DNA of 64,000 nt from Callorhinchus milii (taxonomy: Eukaryota), in the NCBI RefSeq assembly GCF_018977255.1, contig NW_024704742.1, forward strand, positions 21,950,001 to 22,014,000. Direction: 5' to 3'. Positions 27,113-39,447 of this stretch are shown here, in pieces; position 1 is the first letter of the stretch, and each line of letters starts with the position of its first letter. A program made the position numbers and the translations under genes. Under the pieces are notes generated by a model. The model saw only the letters and a list, made by a program, of their open reading frames with translations. It was not told the DNA's origin and ran no database searches.

Positions 27113-27545
27113 TAGCATGACTCAGTTGATAGCTCTCTTGCCTCTGAATCAAAAGCTATATAAATGCAAGTTGTTGCTATTGTGGGTTCGAGCCCCATAT
27201 CGGGATTTTGAATTCATATAGTCTAAGATGACACTCTAATGACGTGCTGAGGGCGAGCACTATTCGAGATTCTATCCTTCAGATGAGACATTTAGAGTGG
27301 ATTTTATAAAAATCCCATGGCAATATTCAAGAACAGAAGGGAGTTCCTCCGGGTGTCCTGGTCAACAATCCCCTAATAAAATTGGTCATTCGCTTCATGG
27401 CTGTAGGCGGGACAAGGCCGTGGGCAAATTGGTTGGCGTGTTTTCCCACAAAACACACACAGTTACTACACTTTATAGTATATCCTTTGAAGTAACTGTG
27501 AGACATCCTCCTGACGTGCAAGGTGCTACATGAAATGTAAAGCAT
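27113..27545 (+). mobile_element. Old Deu-domain (SacSINE1-like) SINE
   Basis: tRNA head ctcttgcctctgaatc...gtgggttcgagccc, Deu-like ttcagatgagacatt...aatcccatggca segment, and shared 3' body. Confidence 0.75.
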
Positions 27546-27574
27546 TTTAGTTCTATATGTGACTTCTCACCTAC

Positions 27575-27697
27575 CTCCAGTTTTGTTTGAAGATGGATCA
27601 ACAGCTAAAACAGCAACTTTGTGTCCCTTTCCTGTCAACATTTTCCCAAATGTTTCAATAAGTGTGGATTTCCCAGCACCAGGTGATCCAGAGAGGC
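27575..27697 (-). CDS. MMAA: MMAA coding exon 2 (P-loop), 123 nt
   Basis: Encodes [41 protein letters not shown]. Acceptor cctgcag, donor gtaggt. Confidence 0.96.
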
Positions 27698-28436
27698 CTG
27701 CAGGTCCAAACGAGTAAATTGAGCAACCAGTTCAGGATTTATTTTGCGATACATCTAAGCTGTGACTTCAAGTCCCTGCTAACTAAGTTCTCCACAAAGC
27801 ACCCAATGCCTCGATGTGTTAATCTTATAAATATTATAAATTGCTAATTATTTGACATCTTCAGATTACTTAAGCAAGTAATATTGAATGAGAGGCAATG
27901 GATGTTTTAGCTCGACAAAGATTTAGCACACAAAATGTTACGTCATTCTTTGCATTGTATTTTATATTCCACACAGTTGCTTAATTAAAAGATGATTATC
28001 ATTTCAAAATATTATCCAAAGAGAACCTCAAAACAGAACTGTAATCAAACCCCACTTACTCATCGTAGAGGATGCCACGTGAACATGTTTTTCTAAATTG
28101 TTATAATTTTTTTCTGTACCTCCAGACAACCTAATGTAAATGTAGTATTGCATATGTCTAAATTAGTAACAGTTCAAATTCAGAAGGGCAATCCCGCCAA
28201 TCGTTGGCCAGACTTTGTACAGACACAAGATTTATTCTAGGTGATCCTGGTGAGTGTTTTATAACTTACTGATATGATAATCAAATCATTTCACTGGGAA
28301 ACAATCAACTTTTTGCGATTAGATTCTGGCGATTATTACCGTGTTCGGACATGCACCCCATCACAGTGACACACTCAGTGATATTGACACACCCAGTGAC
28401 ACACTCAGTGACAGTGACACACGATGACGGGTGAGT

Positions 28437-28838
28437 GACACCCTCAGCGAGTGGCACCCTCAGCGAGTGGCACCCTCAGCGAGTGGCACCCTCAGCGAGT
28501 GGCACCCTCAGCGAGTGACACCCTCAGCGAGTGACACCCACAGTGACACTGACACCCTCAGCGAGTGACACCCTCAGCGAGTGACACCCTCAGCGAGTGA
28601 CACCCTCAGCGAGTGACACCCTCAGCGAGTGACACCCTCAGCGAGTGACACCCTCAGCGAGTGACACCCTCAGCGAGTGACACCCTCAGCGAGTGACACC
28701 CTCAGCGAGTGACACCCTCAGCGAGTGACACCCTCAGCGAGTGACACCCTCAGCGAGTGACACCCTCAGCGAGTGACACCCTCAGCGAGTGACACCCTCA
28801 GCGAGTGACACCCTCAGCGAGTGACACCCTCAGCGAGT
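28437..28838. repeat. 16-bp minisatellite (GACACCCTCAGCGAGT): 6 + 18 units in MMAA intron 1
   Basis: 18 perfect units at 28551-28838 and 6 units at 28437-28532 (four with the GGCACCC variant). An 18-nt interruption separates them, and the flanks are degenerate. Confidence 0.97.
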
Positions 28839-28849
28839 GACACGCGATG

Positions 28850-29660
28850 ACACTGACACACTCAGCGGGTGAGAGGCCAACACTCACCTATCCTGAAGGC
28901 CGGACGCTCGGCCCCGCGCCGCCCGGCCTTGTCCCGCTCGTGGCTCAACACCCTCAGCAGCAGCAGCTGAGCCAGGAGCTTCTTGCGCCTGTGAGACGAC
29001 TCGACCAAAGTGATGGCCTCGGCCAGGCAGGCGCGGTCTCCCCGGGTCAGCCCGGAGTACAGGTGATCCACGAGCCGTCGCTCCCGCTCGGACTCGGCCG
29101 CCTCCGCCACCCCCGCGCTCAGGCTCAGGGGCCGTGGGCTCGCGCAGTAACGGCCGCCCCTCGCGCCGCAGCCCCAGCCCCAGCCGCACGCGGACAGCGG
29201 CCCGGAGCCGGCGCCGAGGCCGGGGAGCATGCGCGCCGCCGCCGCCGCCAACGGTCGCCCCCTCGCGGCGGGGCCGCTCCGGAGCATGCGCGAAGCTCCC
29301 ACCACCACCACCGGTCGCGCTTCGCAGCCGCGCCAGCGGTTCGGCCAGTGGGACAGGAGGGAGCAGCGGCTCATTCGCCCGCGCCCGCGCCGCGCCTCCC
29401 GCCGCGGTTAGCAATGCAACGGAAGGTTTGTGGAGCAGCCCTGTTCGATCGCCGCCGTCCCTCAGCCTCTCCCGACAGCGTTTACCACAGTCGTTGCCGC
29501 CGGGCCGGGAAGGAAGGGAAGCGGCCCACCACCCACTGTTTCCGGTGGCCAGTCTAACCACGCGTGCGCAGGAGGTGATGGTTCCGATTGGAACCCCTGG
29601 AAGCCGCCATCTTTGATGAGGGCAATTGTGACGTCGTCGTCGTGGTCGACGACGACAACA
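28850..29660 (-). promoter_or_regulatory. MMAA: CpG island / MMAA promoter with NRF1-like (29561-29570), CCAAT (29587-29591), YY1 (29603-29613), CRE-like (29629-29635) and ETS-like (about 29540) motifs
   Basis: Very GC- and CpG-rich block in an AT-rich window. Contains TGCGCACGCG, CCAAT, AAGATGGCGGC, TGACGTC and ACCGGAAA. Confidence 0.8.
28888..29374 (-). CDS. MMAA: MMAA coding exon 1 (mitochondrial presequence plus N-terminal helix); start codon uncertain (ATG 29374, 29287 or 29230)
   Basis: Encodes ...RRLVDHLYSGLTRGDRACLAEAITLVESSHRRKKLLAQLLLLRVL...RPAFRI. Donor ATAG|gtgagt. The N-terminus is Arg/Ala/Gly-rich. Confidence 0.88.
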
Positions 29661-30530
29661 ACAACAACAAAAAAAGACATTTGTATCGCGTCGGGAGGAC
29701 GTCCCAAGGCGCTGGACAGTCAGTGTTTGGGACCCGAGCTGGGGGTCGGGATCAGGGCGGGGGCAAGGAGGGTGATCAAAGGCACGGTCGAAGAGGAGGG
29801 TCTCGAGGTGGGGCTTGAAGGTGGCGACGGAGGGGGCTGAGGCGGAGGGACCGCGGGATGGAGTTCCAGAGAGTGGGGGCAGAGTGGCTTAAGGCCCTCC
29901 GGCCAACGGGCGGCGGGGGAGGGGGGGGGGGGTGAGCGAGGCGGGGGACGTGAAGCAGAGGCCGGAGCCCGCTGAGCGGAGGGAGCGGACAGGGTGGGAG
30001 GGGGTTAGGTCACAGAGGTTGGGGGGGGAGCGAGACCGTGACGGGCCTTTGAAGGTGAGGACCAGGATCTTGAACTGCATCCTCGGTGAGATGGGAATCC
30101 AGTGGAGTCGGGCGAGGATGGGGCTGATAGGGTCGCGGAGCCCGGTGCGGGAGAGGACGTGGGCTGCAGAGCTCTGGATGATCTGCAGCCCGTGGAGGGA
30201 GGAGTTGGGGAGGCCGACAAGCAATGAGATTGCATAGTCGAGCCTCGATGTTATGAAGGCGTGTATGAGGGTTTCGATGGCCTGCAGTGTGAACAGTGGC
30301 GGAGCCGGGTGATGTTGCGGAGTGGGGAAACCCAGAGTGGGTCACGGCACGGATGTGGGGCAGAAAGGATAGTTGAGGGTCAATCAAGACGTCAACCTCC
30401 TGGACTGGCTCAGTGAGGTGGAGTGTGCATCCTTGGATGTTGATGCTGTCGGCGCCAGAGGTGTGGAAGCGCTGACGGGAGCCCATCAGGAGGGCTTTGG
30501 TCTTGTTGACATTCAACTGAAGAAAGCAGC
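29640..30530 (-). mobile_element. Diverged L2 3' part abutting the MMAA promoter
   Basis: LARLHWIPISPRMQFKILVLTFK remnant with frameshifts. Tail repeats at about 29640-29668. Confidence 0.85.
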
Positions 30531-30616
30531 CTTTGCCCCTTCAATAGTTCTTAGCCCCTTTTGCCCATCTCTTTTCTCCCTTTTGCCCATCTCTCTCTCT
30601 GTTTCTCGTTTTCCTT

Positions 30617-31120
30617 CCTGGTGTACTTTCACGCACCAGGTTCCGTGACCCCATCACTCCCTCCCTCGCCCGACTTCACTGGCTCCCCATCCCCCAGAGG
30701 ATTGAGTTCAAGATCCTCATCCTCACCTTTAAGGCCATCCATGGCCTTGCCCCCTCCTACCTCTCTGACCTACTGACTCCCTACCAACCTGCCCACTCTC
30801 TCCGTTCAGCGGGCTCCAGCCTACTCCATGTCTGCCGCCCGACCCGCCCTACTATCGGTGGCCGGGCTTTCAGCCTCTCTGCCCTCACACTCTGGAATTC
30901 CATCCCATGGTCCCTTCGCCTCGCTTTCTCCCTTGCCTCCTTTAAGGCCAGTCTCAAGACCCCTTCTCTTCGACCGTGCCTTCGGTCACCCTCCCACCTC
31001 TCTGCCTTCCCTCATCCCTACACCACCCCTCCCCCCATGCTTGGGCCCTGACTGTTCAGCACTGTGGGACGTCCTTCTGACGTGAAAGGCGCTCTAAAAT
31101 GTAATTTTGTTGTTGTTGTT
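30617..31120 (+). mobile_element. L2 3' fragment, head-to-head with the preceding copy
   Basis: [18 protein letters not shown] sequence, stem-loop and TTG tail. Confidence 0.88.
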
Positions 31121-31455
31121 CATAATCTTGAATATCTTGGGACATTTTCCTAATCACAAAAAACGAGACTCAACTTCTTTAATCCGCCTCATAATTTTGA
31201 TTTTGTAATACTGGGACCAGCCTGGTTCCTCACTTATGTAGTCTTTATTATCCTTCCATTGCAGTTCATCCACAAAATACAGTCAATCCACTTTACAGTC
31301 CGCTTTCACGAAGCTGTGAAGCGCTTTGAGACCTCAATGACATGATAAGACTCTACATCAAATGCAAGGATTATTATTATTTTTACGAGCCTTCATCGCT
31401 CAACAGCAATAGTTGGAGGTGCAGGCTAGTCACTTCCCACTACACACCTGTTCAG

Positions 31456-33240
31456 AGATTCATAGAATATTACAGCCAGAAGGAGGCCATTCAGCCCATT
31501 GTGCCTGTGCCGGCTCTTCGGAAGAGCTACCCAATCAGTCCTTTTCAAGTACCTATCTAATTCCGTTTTGAAAGTTGTTATTGAATTTGTTTCCACCATC
31601 CTTTCAGGCAGTGCATTCCAGACCGCAAACTCAATCATNAAAAATTATCATCTCCCCTCTGGTTCTTTTGCTAATTATCTTACCTCTATTTCCCCTGGAT
31701 ACAGACCCACCTGCCGGGGAAACAGTTTCTCCCTATCTACTCTCATCATTATTTTGAACACCTCTATTAAATCTCCCCTTAACCATCTCTGCTCTAAGGA
31801 GAACAATTCCAGCTTCTCTAATCTCTCCACGTAACTAAAGTTCCTCATCCCAAATACCATTCTGGTAAACCCCCTCTGCACCGTCTCCAAGACCTTGTAT
31901 CCCATCGGACTGGGTGACTTCTACTTTGAGTGCTGGTAACCTTTTTAGTAGCATTTAGTACCTCAGCCATGCCCTCTGCCTCCACAAGACGTTTTGCTCC
32001 CTAATCGGCCCCACCTTTCCTTTGACCCCCCTTTTGCTCTTTATATGTTTATGGAAGACGTTAGTGTTCCCTTTTATGTTACCTGCTAATCTTTTCTCAT
32101 ATGCTTCTTTGCCCTTCTCATTTTCTTTTTTCAGTTCTCCTCTGCACTTTCTGTATTCTGTTTGCTTCTCCAGTGTATTTTGAACCTGGCATTTATCATA
32201 CGCCTCCTTTTTTTGTTTCATATTAATCCCAATTTCGTTAGTTATTCAGGTAGCTCTGGTTTTGGATGCCCTATTTTATGGGAATATGTTTGGTCTGTAC
32301 CCTAAGTATCTCCTCCTTGAAGGCCTCCCATTGCTCATTTACCATTTTCCCCATCAATCTTTGTTTCCAATCCACCTGAGCCAGAGCCCTTTTCAACTCT
32401 CTAAAATTAGCCAGTTGAGTAGCTTCACCTTTGATTGTTCCTTGTCCCTTTCCATAACTTCTCTAAACTTAATGATATTGCGATCCAGGTGCTCTCCCAC
32501 TGAAACCTGCTTCACTTGCCCCACTTCATTCCCCATAAGATCCAGCACTGCTTCCTTCCTCGTTGGGCTGAAAACATACTGATCAAGAAAGTTCTCCTGT
32601 ACATATTTTAGGAATTCTTCCCCTCCATGCCCTTAACATTTTTTTCACAGTCTATGTTAGGATAATTGAAGTTCCCCTATTATCACTACTCTTGTTTTTA
32701 CATCTTTCTGTAATTTGCTTGCAGATTTTTGCCTCTATCTCCTTCCCACTATTTGGTAGTCGATAGTATACATGCAGTAGCGTAACAACTCAACTCTAAT
32801 CAGATAGATTCTGTCTTTCAGCCTTCCAGCACATCATTCCTTTCCAGGGCTGTAACAATATCTTTGATCAATACTGCCACCCCACCTCCTCTTTTTCCTT
32901 CTCTATCCTCCTGAATAAATTACAGCCAGAAATGTTAACCTCCCATTCCTGCCTTTGTTTCAGCCAGCTTTGTTATTGCCACTACATCATAATACCATTT
33001 GGCAACTTGCGCCTGCAACTCACCAACCTTATTTGTCACACTCTATGCATTTACACACATGCACTCCAAAACTGTCTTTGTTCTGCTTTACATTTCTTCC
33101 GTCTGATCGCTTCTTTTTCTGGACTACTCTTTATTCCAGTTATTTGTCTCTCCCAGTCATCTATGTTCCTTGTTTCTCCTCTCTGATGCTATTTCCTGGA
33201 CCCCCCCCCCCCCCATCTCCCGCCACCAAATTAGTTTAAC
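31456..33240 (-). mobile_element. Decayed CR1 with a large internal deletion: 3' end (about 31456-31900) joined to the endonuclease/linker region (about 31955-33240)
   Basis: YVERLEKLELFSLEQRWLRGDLIEVFKIM; YEKRLAGNIKGNTNVFHKHIKSKR; GGGVAVLIK endonuclease remnant. Confidence 0.85.
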
Positions 33241-34965
33241 CCCTTTCCGTTAACCCTTCAAGCCAAATTCCTAATGGGTAGAATGGTCCTTTCCACAAGC
33301 AGTGAAAAACTTGCCAGTCAGTGTTCAGAATTGCAAACTTTTTAATCGGGTTGAACTCCAATGAGTACCATAATGCACTGGCTTTCCAAGCCTTGGTGCT
33401 TAAAAATCTGCACCTCATGCTTTCTGGTATAATTTTGAGCAGAAAGTTACTTTCTGGGAGAAGAGTACCTACTCTGCACAAACTAAAATGACTTTACTTA
33501 TGTGGAACTCTTACTGGTTTGCTTTGGATACTCCTTAAACGCGATCAGCGCGTGTCAGCCTGGCTGAGTGGTAGCACTCTCTTTGAATCAGAAGGTTCTG
33601 AAGGTTGAGTCGAGCCCCATATCAGGACTTGAACTCACATAATCTAAGATGACATTCCAGCGCAGTGCTGGGGTGCATTGCATTGACGCAGGAGTGTGTG
33701 AGATATCCAGCTGACAAAAAAATTCTTCTGAAGAAAGAATAAATCCAGGGCAGTACTGAAAAAAATGTTTTATGTCAGGAAGTCTCAAAAATATTTCCAA
33801 AGTATATACTGTGATGTGTAATGCTTGTTTTTGAGGCAAACAATCACAAGGTGAATAATCAATTTATCTGGAAGATTGTTGACCAGGACCCCAAAAGAAA
33901 TTCCTCTCTTTTACAACATCAACTTGCATTCATGTAGCGCTCTTCACGCTGGATAGTGTCCTGGAGGGCTTTTTAAAGTAGTAATAGAATATTTAACATA
34001 CAACTGAACAAGCAAACGAGTCTACTCAAAATGTAGAACTCCCACATATTGAACTGAAATGTTTGACTTGCAGGTAAGAGTAATTCCAAAAAGAAACTAA
34101 TACTTTGCGAGCACACAAAAATTGAAGTAAATATTGCTTACTTACACCTCTTTTTCAGGTAACTTTTAGTTTGTTTAGAAGCAGTAGGTTTGTTCAGAGT
34201 ATCTAGGATAACTGGTGATGCATGTGAGTATTTACTTGTCTTGAAAAATCACGATGCAAAGCTGACACCTCTGGAAGAAGCATTGTATTTTTGTTGTTAA
34301 TTGATGTCTTTTAGATATGTGAAAGCCTTTCTTGCCCTTCCAGTTCATTCAGAAAAACACAAAGGATTCCATGGTTCTATTTCAAACTTAAGTCTAATAT
34401 TCCTTCAGTATCCAAATTCATACAACAGCTTGTCACCCATAATTGCTGTTTGTGTAGCTCTTATGCTTTGCTGCTGCATTTTCATATGTAAATCAGTATC
34501 TTTGAAAGTGACCTTGTGAAGTACCTTGAGACATTTCAGTATGCAAGTATGTTTATTCCAATTCAGACTCGCATGATTTGAACACTGGCTAGACTTGTTT
34601 TCCTGTGTTGACCACATTCTCTATAATATGGAGTTTTTATTTGCTGGTTGAATAGGGCACCCTATTCTACACACTTAGATTAGTCTTCTAATAAGTCATT
34701 AAGCTGACTGGAAGGCAGGAACTGTCAGCAAAATATAGATTTGCAATCTCAAATCAATATTCACATGAAAATGTTTTTTTAAAAAAGATAGGAACATAGG
34801 AAACAAGACGCCATTGAAGCCTATTCTGCCAGTTTATTAGATCTTTTAATGCCTACTGTATGTACCATTTGAGCACACAAAACAACATTCAGAGCTAACT
34901 GAAGATTAACATTTGAACCGCATGTCCTCTTTGGAACAGTAGATGAAGCTATGATGAAGTTGGTA

Positions 34966-35187
34966 CAGTGGTGTCCCACAAACAGTCGTGGATTGAATGA
35001 CCACACATTTTTTGTGAAGGATTATCCCCGGAAAAGCAATCCGCCAATCGACTACCAACCAGGTTCCTACTTGGTGAACAGAGGCGTGTGTGTGGAGTAA
35101 GGAAACTTGCCCAACGTTTTGCCCTGACCTGCCCAGGAATCGAACCGGTCCTCTCTTGCGAGGTGAGCTCTCTCACCACTATGCTAC
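34966..35187 (-). mobile_element. tRNA-derived SINE, long form, 5' half
   Basis: Contains the extra GCCTCTGTTCACCAAGTAGGAACC...TTCCGGGG segment. Confidence 0.82.
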
Positions 35188-35805
35188 ATTAATCCACATG
35201 ACATCCCAACTTACTCAACTCAAAGAGAAAACATTGCTTTACTTAAATATGTGGCGTTGTACAAAGATCTCTAGCGCAGAATGTGTGACGTTAGATCTGT
35301 CTATGATACAGATTTACTACTAAATACCCTGTCGGCTTACTACCATTGACAGAAATAACGGGCAACACACAAACATACTCTATAAGTTAACATGCAATTA
35401 ATATATTGTGAAATGCTAAATTCTTAAGACTTTACCTAAACCTCCTTGTATTAAACTCTACACCTTTGGCTTTGTGTGGTCAGGCATGCAAGTGTGGAAG
35501 TTCACATACATGGCGAATAGACTAGTGTCTCTTAACAATAAAATCTTCGTTCTAAATTTATGATAGAAAAATAAAAAGGAATAAACCTGCATTTTTGGGA
35601 GGTTTCATTTCTGAAGAGATATCCGACCGCTGGGGCAACACAACAGTTTTTGTGTACGGTAACAGACAGAGAGCAGTCAAGATGCGAGCTAAAAACTGAG
35701 CTCTTTCTGTGTTGCTACCTTCTGAGTGAGAGACACTTGTTAAAGAACTTATATTCTTCCCATATTTTGGGGAGTTGATTTTGATGCTATCAAAGGGAGA
35801 AAATG

Positions 35806-36062
35806 TTATAATAATAATCCTTGCATTTGATATAGCGCTTTCACATCTTCTAGACGTCTCAAAGTGCTTCACAGAATTACCCGTAAAGTGAATTGACTGT
35901 ATATTTTGTGGGTGAAACGCAGCAGCCAGTTGCGCACAGCAGTGTCCCACAGTTGTGGATTAAGTGACCAAATTATTTTTTTTTCTTGAGGGATTATTAT
36001 CAGGCGTGTGGAGTAAGGAAACATGCCCAAGGTTTTGCCTTGCCAGGAATCAATCCCAGGTC
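35806..36062 (-). mobile_element. tRNA-derived SINE (short form, head truncated)
   Basis: Same family body and tail. Confidence 0.88.
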
Positions 36063-36220
36063 TATGGATTTGAAAGGGAATTAGATGAATTTTCAAGAAA
36101 CCCAAAAATAAACTTTTTATTTGATACAATACCTACAACATCAAACTCAGTGTGACTATCAACTATCACAGTCGAGTTGCTATGAAATGCCATGACCATC
36201 TGTAGAAACTCACAGCAGCC

Positions 36221-37569
36221 ATCTGTGACCAGGGCTCCCTCTGTCTCCTCGTCCTCCTCGACCTATCGGCAGCATTCGATACGGTCGACCACGCTATCCT
36301 ACTCCACCGCTTGTCCTCCCACCTCAACCTTCAAGGCACTGTCCTTGAATGGTTTAGCTCTTACCTTTCCCACCGTCTTCACTTCGTCTCAACGAATGGC
36401 TTCTCCTCCACCCCCCGTACTGTCTCATGTGGTGTCCCTCAGGGCTCTGTCCTCGGTCCCCTCCTCTTCACCCTCTATATGCTCCCCCTCGGTGACATCA
36501 TCCGCAAACATGGGGTTAACTTCCACATGTATGCGGATGACACCCAACTCTACCTTTCCTCCTCTACTCTCAACTCCACGACCACCGATGTCCTGACAGC
36601 CTGCCTGTCCGACATCGAGTCCTGGACGAGAGACAACTTTCTTCAGCTCAACGTGCGAAAAACCGAGGCCCTCCTGATTGGCTCACGTCAGCGCCTCCGC
36701 ACCTCAGGCGCTGACACCATCAGCATCCAAGGCTGCACTCTCCACCTCTCAAAGCCAGTCAGGAACCTCGGCGTTTTGTTCGACCCTGAGCTGTCCTTTC
36801 TCCCTCACATCCGCACCACAACTGGCACCGCCTTCCATCACCTCCGGAATATCGCCAGACTACGGCACTACCTCACCCCTCACGCTGCTGAAACCCTGGT
36901 TCACGCCTTTGTCACCTCAAGGCTGGACTATGGGAACTCTCTCCTCGCCGGCCTTCCCGCCACCTCCCTCCACAAGCTGCAGGTCATTCAGAACTCTGCA
37001 GCTCGTGTACTGTCCCGCACCAGGCTTCGGGACCACATCACTCCCACCCTCGCTCGCCTCCACTGGCTCCCCATCCCCCAGAGGATTGATTTCAAGATCC
37101 TCATCCTCACCTACAAGGCCATTCACGGCCTTGCTCCCTCCTACCTCTCCAACCACCTACCTGCCCGTACCCTCCGTTCCTCTGGCTCCGGTCTGCTCCA
37201 CGTCCCCCGCCCCAACCGCCCTACTATCGGTGGTCGGGCCTTCAGCCTCTCAGCCCCGAGGCTCTGGAACTCCATCCCCCAGTGCCTTCGCCTTGCTTCC
37301 TCCCTTTCCTCCTTCAAGGCCGGTCTCAAAACCTTTCTCTTTGACCGTGCCTTCAGCTCCCCTCTCGACTCTCTTCCTCCTCCTCGCTCCCTCCCTTCCC
37401 TCCCCTCACCCTGACCATTTCCCCCCTCCTCTCTCCCTCCCTTCCCTCCCCTCACCCTGACCATTTCCCCCCTGCTCGGGTCATGACCCAACTGTGCAGC
37501 GCCTTGGGACGTCCTCCTGACGTGAAAGGCGCTCTATAAATGGAATCTTGTTGTTGTTGTTGTTGTTGT
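36221..37569 (+). mobile_element. Young L2 LINE, 5'-truncated, with an open RT C-terminal frame (to 37414), 3' stem-loop and (TTG)7 tail
   Basis: [34 protein letters not shown] and [14 protein letters not shown] in one uninterrupted frame. No target-site duplication is visible. Confidence 0.95.
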
Positions 37570-37996
37570 GTGCAGGAAGGTTCCACAATCAGTCATGATG
37601 TGAAGGAGCAATTTATCTGGAGGATTGTTGACCAGGATATTGGTAGAAGGGAAATAGGAATATGTGGTACAGAACAACTTTGGTAGAGAATTGAGAGCAA
37701 AGTACCCGGGAACTTTCCAGACAGGGAAGTTCTAAAGAAGGTGAGGATTTCATTTTTTTTTAAAAAGATGCCTGTTTGCTGAACAAAAGGAAAATCTATT
37801 TGTACCAGTTCAATAAAAAAAATGAAAATATGAAATTGTTTGGTGTATTAGTTAAGTAAACATTGCATCTGAGGCAATGTGGATTCTCAGATGCAATTTT
37901 TTTTAAAATCATGAACTTCGTGGTGTAGCTCTTCAGTTTGTGCTGGAAAATCCAATGCAAATAAAAGATATACTTTCAAAATCATGATGAAACAGA

Positions 37997-38002
37997 TTTA
38001 TT
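37997..38002 (-). terminator. SMAD1: Probable SMAD1 polyadenylation signal AATAAA
   Basis: AATAAA on the minus strand about 1.3 kb after the stop, followed by T-rich sequence. Confidence 0.6.
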
Positions 38003-39303
38003 GTTTTCTAGTGAAGACTCGCTATACTCAGCATAAAAGTTTTGCAGAATTCCACAGCACAACAGCAAAAGTCTTCTTGTGTAAAAGTGTGTATATAACA
38101 GCAGAAAAGAAATGAGCACTATCACAAACAATTATTATAAAACAAGCCAATTTACCACTTATGAAACTAAAATTCATTGCATTGCAAGCATCCAGCAAGT
38201 AACAAAATGGTAAAGCTGGAAGTAATGAACAAGAATCTAGCCATCATCCTATGCATGTCCATTTTTGGTAACCACTAATCAGTTACTCAGAAGCTTTATG
38301 GAAACCATTTCAACAAAAAGACACAATAGAAGAAAAGGTGCTGAAAGGAGCTAGAGCTGCTGACAGCATACATATGCTGCAAACTTTGCTTACCAAAAAG
38401 TTTTTTCTTTAAAAAAAGTAGTTGGGTTATGCATCATTTCAGTACTGATGCTGGGCTACTGATAACAGAGGACAGTAGCTTCATGGACTGAACAAAGTAC
38501 ACTTTAATGCAACAATTAAAATACTGAATCCACCAAATGCACACCAGAGGACATACACATTGCCCGCTTACCTACTTTCTTCTAATGTTAGATTTAAAGT
38601 TTCCCTCCCTCCCCTTTGAAATCAGGACAAATGTAACAATTTTAAATCTCAGAATATACATGTACACACGTGTGCGCACGCACACACTTCAGAGATCCAC
38701 TGAAAATGGAGTTTTAACTGACAGCATTCCTGCTTCATTTAAGGAATCGATGCCAGCACTCAAGTTAAAACAGCGCTGCACACAGGGTTCATTTTATCAG
38801 CTTCTATATTTTGCACGAGATGTCAAGCAACCCTACGATAAGTGACCTAATCTGTGGAAGGGCTGTAAGCCATCTTTTGTGCAATATACCTTTAACTCTT
38901 GCAGACCAAATGGGGAGCTATTATGTGCTAACTGGAAAAATGACTTTACGTTTATATTTTGACCACAAGATATTTTATAAGCACACACGATTAGTAACAT
39001 TCAAATGAAATCTCCATATGCAGTATCTCTGCTTGGTCATCTTTCAAATCAGTATTCTAAATCACAACCTATATAGTTTTCAGGATTAGGTACAAATGGA
39101 ATACTACAATGTAAACTGAACACTTTCACAACAGCAGTATGATGCTAGATAGACCGATAATCTGTCTCCAATAATTGGTCACAAAAGGTCAAGTATCTTC
39201 CAGGTGCCTATCCATCCCAGTCCAGAATGTACCCATTTTGTGTGTCCTTCAAATGATTACAAACTCCAAATCACAATTCTCAAGGAGCAGCATAACAACA
39301 CTG

Positions 39304-39447
<144 letters not shown>

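Noticed and set aside
28437..28838. CRISPR-like array
   Set aside because: The units are head-to-tail with no unique spacers, there are no cas genes, and the context is a eukaryotic intron. It is a minisatellite.
28847..29840. Long overlapping ORFs of 136-236 aa on both strands
   Set aside because: They are by-products of the stop-poor CpG island. Only the MMAA frame has homology and a splice donor.
31639..31639. Single N base
   Set aside because: It is an assembly ambiguity inside a CR1 relic, with no biological meaning.
36311..37460. 367-aa and 260-aa ORFs as host genes
   Set aside because: They are a truncated L2 reverse transcriptase and its shifted frame.
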